Below are positions 17,625-22,632 of a DNA stretch of 22,632 nt, piece by piece. Under the pieces are notes generated by a model that searched no databases, was not told the DNA's origin, and saw only the letters and a program-made list of their open reading frames with translations. Made by a program: the position numbers and the translations under genes. How positions within the stretch are numbered: the stretch's first letter is position 1; every line of letters starts with the position of its first letter. Source of the DNA: an uncultured Bdellovibrio sp. (GTDB taxonomy: Bacteria; Bdellovibrionota; Bdellovibrionia; Bdellovibrionales; Bdellovibrionaceae); NCBI GenBank assembly GCA_963932905.1, contig CAWVRN010000043.1:1-22632 (forward strand), written 5' to 3'.

Positions 17625-18150
17625 CTTCAGAATTGGCCTTTTTTAAGGCCTCTTCAATCACAAGTTCGCGTTCCAATCGATACAATATCGCTTTTTCTTC
17701 TAAATGATCCGAATCCAATGATTCCGGGTCAGAAAAAAAATCTCTAATGCGTTCTAGCTTTTTATCAACGGTGACTTTTACACCTGTTTTGCCATTCTCG
17801 GTACGCACACGTACTAGGCTAATTGCGATTTTGTAACGAATGCCGGCAGAGACATTGCTAGACCCATCGGGACGTGTCCAGCCACCATCAGCGGGTTTAA
17901 TGTAATCCGTTTCGATATGTCCCGTTTCTTGGTTTTGATCAGTAATAGAATATTTTAAAACGGATAGGGTAGAGCGCCATACGCTATCGTAAGAATACTG
18001 AAATACGCGGGCTGGTGGTAGCACTGCAGATCTTCGTTTGTTTACCTTGTCCTCTTGCAGTTCCAATAAACCGCAAGAAGTTAAGAATAGGAAACTAGTA
18101 ATCCAAAGCAGCTTTAGTAAAATGAGTTGAGTTTTCCACTCTTTCTTCAT
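17608..18150 (-). CDS. Lipoprotein, BamC/NlpB-like helix-grip domain
   Basis: Lipobox FLTSC. RVFQYSYDSVWRSTLSVL...DQNQETGHIETDY pattern typical of BamC-like domains. Confidence 0.65.
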   Translation of the reverse strand: MKKEWKTQLILLKLLWITSFLFLTSCGLLELQEDKVNKRRSAVLPPARVFQYSYDSVWRSTLSVLKYSITDQNQETGHIETDYIKPADGGWTRPDGSSNVSAGIRYKIAISLVRVRTENGKTGVKVTVDKKLERIRDFFSDPESLDSDHLEEKAILYRLERELVIEEALKKANSEVSTPL

Positions 18151-19576
18151 GGGTAGAGATTATCGTAACTGGGTTTTGTTGACCAGAATTATCTACTTTT
18201 TTAGCCAGCAAAGTGACTTCCACGCGTTTCGGAGTGCTGTTTGGCGTATCAATATTAGGAATCGCTAAATGATTCGCCCATTGAGTCGTGTGAATTTCCC
18301 ACACGGGGATTTTGTACTTAGCAACTTTGCCGTCGGGTAGACTTAAATTTTGTAATTCAGAAACAACAATTACCATACCTTGGTCTTCGTAATCAGTTGG
18401 CGAAACAGTAGGCATATTGATTTGCAAATTCGTAGTAGAAATCCAAGTCGGTTGATTCATCAACGGTAAATAAGTCATCGCAGTACTTGGGGTATCAATG
18501 CTGACACTCATTCGTTCTGTGGTTGCAGAATCGCCGTCAAATTCATTGCTGTTTTTTACAACGCCAATGAAATATGGCGCCGTCGTCGCCGTCGATTTAA
18601 ATTTTGTGATTTGTTCGCTTTGCATATATTTTACGTCCAGAGGTTGATATGTATTGTTTTCTTTAAATGCGCTTATGCCAAGAGCCACTTGTCCGGTGGT
18701 CACTTTAGGCGCTGTGATGGTATAGTTCTTGTCGAGTGTATACTTCGTTGAGTCTACAATTGGTGATCCGTTAGCGGCCAAATAACCATAAGATAGTTGT
18801 CCCGTGGATGAGAAATCAAAAAGATTTACTAGTTCATAATAAGGTTTTTTATTCTGCAATTCAGAGATCACTTTCTTGAAAGGGAATTTACCTTGAATCG
18901 CATAGATGGATTTCTGACCGTAAGAATCATAAGGCAAATTGAACCAAGGTTTTTGGATCGTGACGGAAATAAAATAAGACTCTTTCTGTTTTGGAATAAA
19001 AATATTTTGAGGAACTGGAAATTCAAATCCGGCCGCTGATATTTTTTCAGTCCAAGGACTTACGATTTTATTCACGTTGAAATTCAGAAGATCAGCTTTT
19101 GCCATAGAATCTAAAGCAATTGCGAAATCGATAAAGCCGTCTTTATCTTTAGGGGCAAGACCAGTAACACCGCCTTTTAAAGACAACGTGGGCAGTTGTG
19201 ATTTTTTCCGAAGTACCACGTTCATTGGTTTTGGAGCTTGGTCCTTGACGGTGACTCGAATATAACCGGGAGCTTCTACAGTGATGTCTTGATTTTGTGT
19301 CCAAGAGGCTGGGATGGCGACTTGTCCTTTTTCATTGGCAACAATCCAGTTGTTGACGGCCGTATTTAAATCGCCAAGTAAAAGGCGGGCGGCGGGAACG
19401 GTTTGACCTTGATCGTTTGATATTTGGATAACAAGAGATTCGCTAGTACCGATGGTTTCATTTTTGTGAGGGGCTGTTTTTGTGTCTTGATTTTGTTCTG
19501 GATCATTGGACCTGTTAGTACAAGAAATAGTGATCAGTAGAATCGTGGCCATAGCCGCGATGAGTGCTCGTTTCAT
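18095..19576 (-). CDS. Lipoprotein with N-terminal carboxypeptidase-regulatory-like (prealbumin-fold) domain
   Basis: ATG at 19576 follows AGGAG. Lipobox TISC. GQTVPAARL...ANEKGQV...ITVEAPGY pattern. Confidence 0.75.
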   Translation of the reverse strand: MKRALIAAMATILLITISCTNRSNDPEQNQDTKTAPHKNETIGTSESLVIQISNDQGQTVPAARLLLGDLNTAVNNWIVANEKGQVAIPASWTQNQDITVEAPGYIRVTVKDQAPKPMNVVLRKKSQLPTLSLKGGVTGLAPKDKDGFIDFAIALDSMAKADLLNFNVNKIVSPWTEKISAAGFEFPVPQNIFIPKQKESYFISVTIQKPWFNLPYDSYGQKSIYAIQGKFPFKKVISELQNKKPYYELVNLFDFSSTGQLSYGYLAANGSPIVDSTKYTLDKNYTITAPKVTTGQVALGISAFKENNTYQPLDVKYMQSEQITKFKSTATTAPYFIGVVKNSNEFDGDSATTERMSVSIDTPSTAMTYLPLMNQPTWISTTNLQINMPTVSPTDYEDQGMVIVVSELQNLSLPDGKVAKYKIPVWEIHTTQWANHLAIPNIDTPNSTPKRVEVTLLAKKVDNSGQQNPVTIISTHEERVENSTHFTKAALDY

Positions 19577-19794
19577 GGGTGCTCCTGATAATTCTTTGGG
19601 ATCTATTTCCATTTCGAAGTTTGCCGAAAAAATAGTCAACTTGGGCTGCGGTGACCACGACGGAAACTAGCCAATGGGACGTGTAAGTACCTGTATTTAC
19701 ACAATTGATATTAGAAATTTGGATGAATAATTGGTTATTGACATAGGCCCCCATTTTAAAGTAACTCATTAGTTCGCAAAACACGCGATGGTAT

Positions 19795-19871
19795 GGTGGG
19801 GTAGCTCAGCTGGTTAGAGCATCAGAATCATAATCTGAGGGTCGGCGGTTCAAGTCCGCCTCTCACTACCA
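19795..19871 (+). tRNA. tRNA with CAT anticodon, elongator tRNA-Met type
   Basis: Cloverleaf: acceptor GGTGGGG/TCTCACT, D arm GCTC/GAGC, anticodon arm TCAGA-ATCATAA-TCTGA, T arm GGCGG-TTCAAGT-CCGCC, ACCA end (77 nt). It lacks initiator features; Ile2 is not fully excluded. Confidence 0.96.
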
Positions 19872-21616
19872 ATTCTTAGAACCTGCAACTTTTCGATCTC
19901 CAAATTATCAGAAGGAAGACCAGAGTCAGCCGACTCCGAATCAGCGACCGTAGCTGAGGTCTTCGCACGTCTTTTGTCTGCCATTTCTACGACATTATTT
20001 TCATTTTTTAGTGACGAAATAGCTTCGGGCGTTAGGATTTCAGAATTCAATCCTTCTTTCAGTCGATACTCAATTTGCAGTCCCTTAGGAACTACAACCA
20101 CTGCAAATAATAGGTCTTTAAAGAGACTCTTACGCATCGTTACGCTGGCTTTCTTCCAGCCGCGAGTAAATTGTTCAATTCGAGTTTTAAGATCAACAAT
20201 AGAATTGTCGACGTCATCTTTATAGGACTCCTGAGACTTAAGATCTCGAAGACGAACCTCAAGCGAGCTTTGCTTGCGTCCCAATTCTTGAAGTTCTTGG
20301 GCTACAAGTTTGATGCCTTCGGAATCGGCATCCATTTCAGCTTGAATCTTAAATGTTCGGCGAATGGCGATAGTCGTTTTTTGTATCTCAGCCTGGATAG
20401 CTGCAATCTGACGTTTGATCTCTTCAGGAGCGGTTGAAACTTGCTTTCTAATATTTTCTGAAACATTTTCAAAATGTCCTGCTCTAAGTAAAATTTCTGT
20501 CAGGCGATCAACGAGACCCGTTTCGATTTCATCGGCAGAATATCTTTTTTTAGGGCATTTAATGGTATCGCCCATTTTACTGGCGTGGACGTAGTATCTA
20601 TGAACTTTGTTTTTACCATGAGCTGAAGATCCGACAAGTTTTCTGCCACACTCGCCGCAAATTAAAATTTGCGAGGCAAGAAAAACTCTTTTCACAGATG
20701 TGTCTAATCTTAAGCGCTCTTTACTTTTGCTATCTTCTAAAATTCGTTGAACATTTTTAAAAGTGTCTTCGTCAATTATTGCTGGCCACGAAGCCTTAAC
20801 GATTGAGTATTTCTGCCAAGGCTTAAGATAGCCTTCCTCTTTATCTTTATTGGCCTTATTGATTTCTTTAAGACCAATGTATGATTTATTCTGCAGGACA
20901 GAACTTAGCGATTCATACGTCCATCGACCTTCAGCAGCCAGTCGCTGTTTTTTACCTTGCCTGGCTTTCGGCGTAATTCCCATTGCCTCTAGTTCTCGAA
21001 TAGTGCGTCCCAGGGTCAGGTTTTCAGTGTAGAGTTTAAATATAGTCCGAACGCTACTAGCTTCAGCTTCATTGACCTTAAAAGTAGTTTTATTGTCATC
21101 CAATTTATCATAACCCAAGATCGCAGGTCCTCCATTTAAAAGTCCGCGAAGGGATCTAGAGTGGCAGTTAACCGCTACACGTTCTGCGGTCTGTTTTCTT
21201 TCAAATTGGGCTAGGCTAATCAATTGATACAGCATTAACTCACCGGATGGAGTGGACGTATCAAATTGTTCTTTGATCGATAGAAAACTTACGTGATAGT
21301 CATCAAATAGTTTTTTCAAGGCGCAAAAATCAGGAATATCTCGCGATAATCGAGAAAGCTCCGTCACCATGACCATATTTACTTTGCCGGACTTGATATC
21401 TCTGATCAGCCGCTGATATTGAGGTCGTTTGGTGTCACCAGCGGAATAGCCGTCATCAATATAAAAATCAACGATGTCACCCCAGTTCTTATCTTGGATA
21501 TTTTTGAACTCAACAAAAGATTTCATTCGGTGGCGCTGGTTATCAAGCGATCCCTCGATAACATTTGCCTGCTCGTCCGTGGAAACGCGTCCGTAAGCAG
21601 AAATTTTAAACTTCAT
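19850..21616 (-). CDS. Large serine recombinase (integrase)
   Basis: YGRVST catalytic Ser, DDGYSA and ELSRLSR. Recombinase domain (LGYD...WPAIIDEDTF), zinc ribbon CGECG...YYVH...C, and a coiled coil. ATG at 21616 follows GGAGA. The TGA stop lies in the tRNA T-loop on the antisense strand. Confidence 0.95.
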   Translation of the reverse strand: MKFKISAYGRVSTDEQANVIEGSLDNQRHRMKSFVEFKNIQDKNWGDIVDFYIDDGYSAGDTKRPQYQRLIRDIKSGKVNMVMVTELSRLSRDIPDFCALKKLFDDYHVSFLSIKEQFDTSTPSGELMLYQLISLAQFERKQTAERVAVNCHSRSLRGLLNGGPAILGYDKLDDNKTTFKVNEAEASSVRTIFKLYTENLTLGRTIRELEAMGITPKARQGKKQRLAAEGRWTYESLSSVLQNKSYIGLKEINKANKDKEEGYLKPWQKYSIVKASWPAIIDEDTFKNVQRILEDSKSKERLRLDTSVKRVFLASQILICGECGRKLVGSSAHGKNKVHRYYVHASKMGDTIKCPKKRYSADEIETGLVDRLTEILLRAGHFENVSENIRKQVSTAPEEIKRQIAAIQAEIQKTTIAIRRTFKIQAEMDADSEGIKLVAQELQELGRKQSSLEVRLRDLKSQESYKDDVDNSIVDLKTRIEQFTRGWKKASVTMRKSLFKDLLFAVVVVPKGLQIEYRLKEGLNSEILTPEAISSLKNENNVVEMADKRRAKTSATVADSESADSGLPSDNLEIEKLQVLRIGSERRT

Positions 21617-21637
21617 AGGTTCTCCATTTTGCAACCA

Positions 21638-21835
21638 TTAGGCAGCCTCGTTAAAAGACTCGAATTTTTTAGGTCTACCACGTTTTTGTCCGAGCAAAAC
21701 AATTTTAGCAACAAGTTCATCGATTCTCTTTGATCTAAGTTCGGCTTCTGTTGTTTCATCTTTTCGTCCTGTCATTTTAACTTCCATGTCGTCAGGATCA
21801 AGCTTTACAGCTTTTTCCAGCCGATCCACCATCAT
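21638..21835 (-). CDS. Small hypothetical protein with AT-hook-like KRGRPKK motif (candidate directionality or accessory factor)
   Basis: 65 aa. ATGA overlap with the upstream HTH gene. Ends 21 nt before the integrase ATG. Confidence 0.65.
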   Translation of the reverse strand: MMVDRLEKAVKLDPDDMEVKMTGRKDETTEAELRSKRIDELVAKIVLLGQKRGRPKKFESFNEAA

Positions 21836-22086
21836 GGTTTTTTAGTCTTCACTGACTTCTTTACTTTAGCCATGTGGTGCTTAATATCTTCAATAAACGT
21901 CATCGCTTCTTTATTAGAGAGACTATCAACATAGCTCATTACGGCTTGAACAAGTAAACTTGGCGTCCTAAATCCAGTCTCATAATGACTTATCGGTTTA
22001 TATGTTGAGACACCAAGAATTATTGATAACTCCTCTTGTGTGAGGCCGAACTTTTCACGAATCTCTTTAAACTTTGCCGGACTCAT
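21832..22086 (-). CDS. XRE-family helix-turn-helix regulator
   Basis: FKEIREKFGLTQEELSIILGVS...ISHYETGFRTP. Confidence 0.88.
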   Translation of the reverse strand: MSPAKFKEIREKFGLTQEELSIILGVSTYKPISHYETGFRTPSLLVQAVMSYVDSLSNKEAMTFIEDIKHHMAKVKKSVKTKKP

Positions 22087-22523
22087 GCCGCCTCATTTCT
22101 ATCAACAGTATCTATGATACTATCTGTTTTCAAGTTCTTTTTGACTTTTTTAGACACTCCGTTGCCACCGCCAAAGAAATGCTGTGCTAGTGCATTTTTT
22201 ATTTCTGGTGGCAGGTTTCCAGAACTTTTAGCCCTTTTTAAAACATTTTCAAGCATTGTCATCTCATCCGTACACGACATTCTTAGCTGATGAATCACGT
22301 CATCGGTTATATTCGATTTAAACCAATCAAAAATAAAATTTATGACATCAAGTTTAGTAGCGCGGCCAGCTTCAAATCCATCATTGACCCGCTCTAGAAC
22401 CTCTGAGGCGATCTTTTCAGCATCCTTAGATATGACAACCCTTGTGATATTTTCATCCCTAGCACTTACTATGCTAGCACCAGATTCTACTATTTTATTT
22501 GCCTCTTCCTTTTTGTTCTCCAT
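22083..22523 (-). CDS. Hypothetical protein of the integrative element
   Basis: 146-aa ORF with a strong GAGGAGGT RBS and an ATGA overlap with the HTH gene. Confidence 0.8.
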   Translation of the reverse strand: MENKKEEANKIVESGASIVSARDENITRVVISKDAEKIASEVLERVNDGFEAGRATKLDVINFIFDWFKSNITDDVIHQLRMSCTDEMTMLENVLKRAKSSGNLPPEIKNALAQHFFGGGNGVSKKVKKNLKTDSIIDTVDRNEAA

Positions 22524-22632
22524 TCCTTACCTCCTCATATTATTAATTATTTATATTATTATTTTGTATTCATTCTTCCCCCTCACCACCCCAGACCCCG
22601 TTTCGTAACCACTTTCCATCAACATCGTTGGG

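Larger units (their letters stand above)
19850..22632. mobile_element. Edge of an integrative element (genomic island or prophage-like) inserted at the tRNA 3' end; continues beyond the window
   Basis: The integrase abuts and overlaps the tRNA, and no terminator is seen after the tRNA. An HTH gene and small coupled genes lie upstream. The far att site is not in the window. Confidence 0.8.

Noticed and set aside
19795..19867. Three G-U pairs in the tRNA acceptor stem as a sign of a chimeric or pseudo tRNA
   Set aside because: G1-U72 and similar wobbles occur in normal elongator tRNA-Met, and all arms and the CCA are intact. There is no evidence without the distal att site.
22552..22632. Possible 3' end of an upstream minus-strand CDS (PNDVDGKWLRNGVWGGEGKNEYKIII*)
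   Set aside because: Only 27 codons are visible at the window edge, too few to support a call.
1..22632. CRISPR array, rRNA, IS transposase
   Set aside because: No regularly spaced direct repeats, rRNA-like segments or transposase ORFs were seen.

Overview
This looks like bacterial chromosomal DNA, most likely from a Bdellovibrionota (Bdellovibrio-like) organism. That is an inference from gene content: a degenerate HD-GYP protein, a secreted PHB depolymerase, DUF4360, and many secreted or lipoprotein hypotheticals. Positions 1-19.8 kb hold housekeeping and envelope genes (DUF481 barrel, mscS, uppP, yciB/ispZ, pyrC, BamC-like lipoprotein). They also hold a four-gene cassette at 10.4-13.9 kb: a receiver-only response regulator, a ~7-TM histidine kinase, a GNAT/LuxI-FeeM-like protein and a heme-oxygenase-like diiron enzyme. 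A 20-bp palindrome precedes the enzyme operon, centred at about -42.5 from a candidate promoter. Its 14-bp core recurs twice upstream of the HD-GYP gene. This cassette is the best candidate for an undescribed signal-synthesis and sensing (quorum-sensing-like) system. From an elongator-type tRNA(CAT) at 19795-19871 to the window end lies the edge of an integrated element. Its large serine recombinase gene ends inside the tRNA on the antisense strand. No CRISPR array or rRNA was seen. All family calls come from reading motifs by eye, with no database searches.
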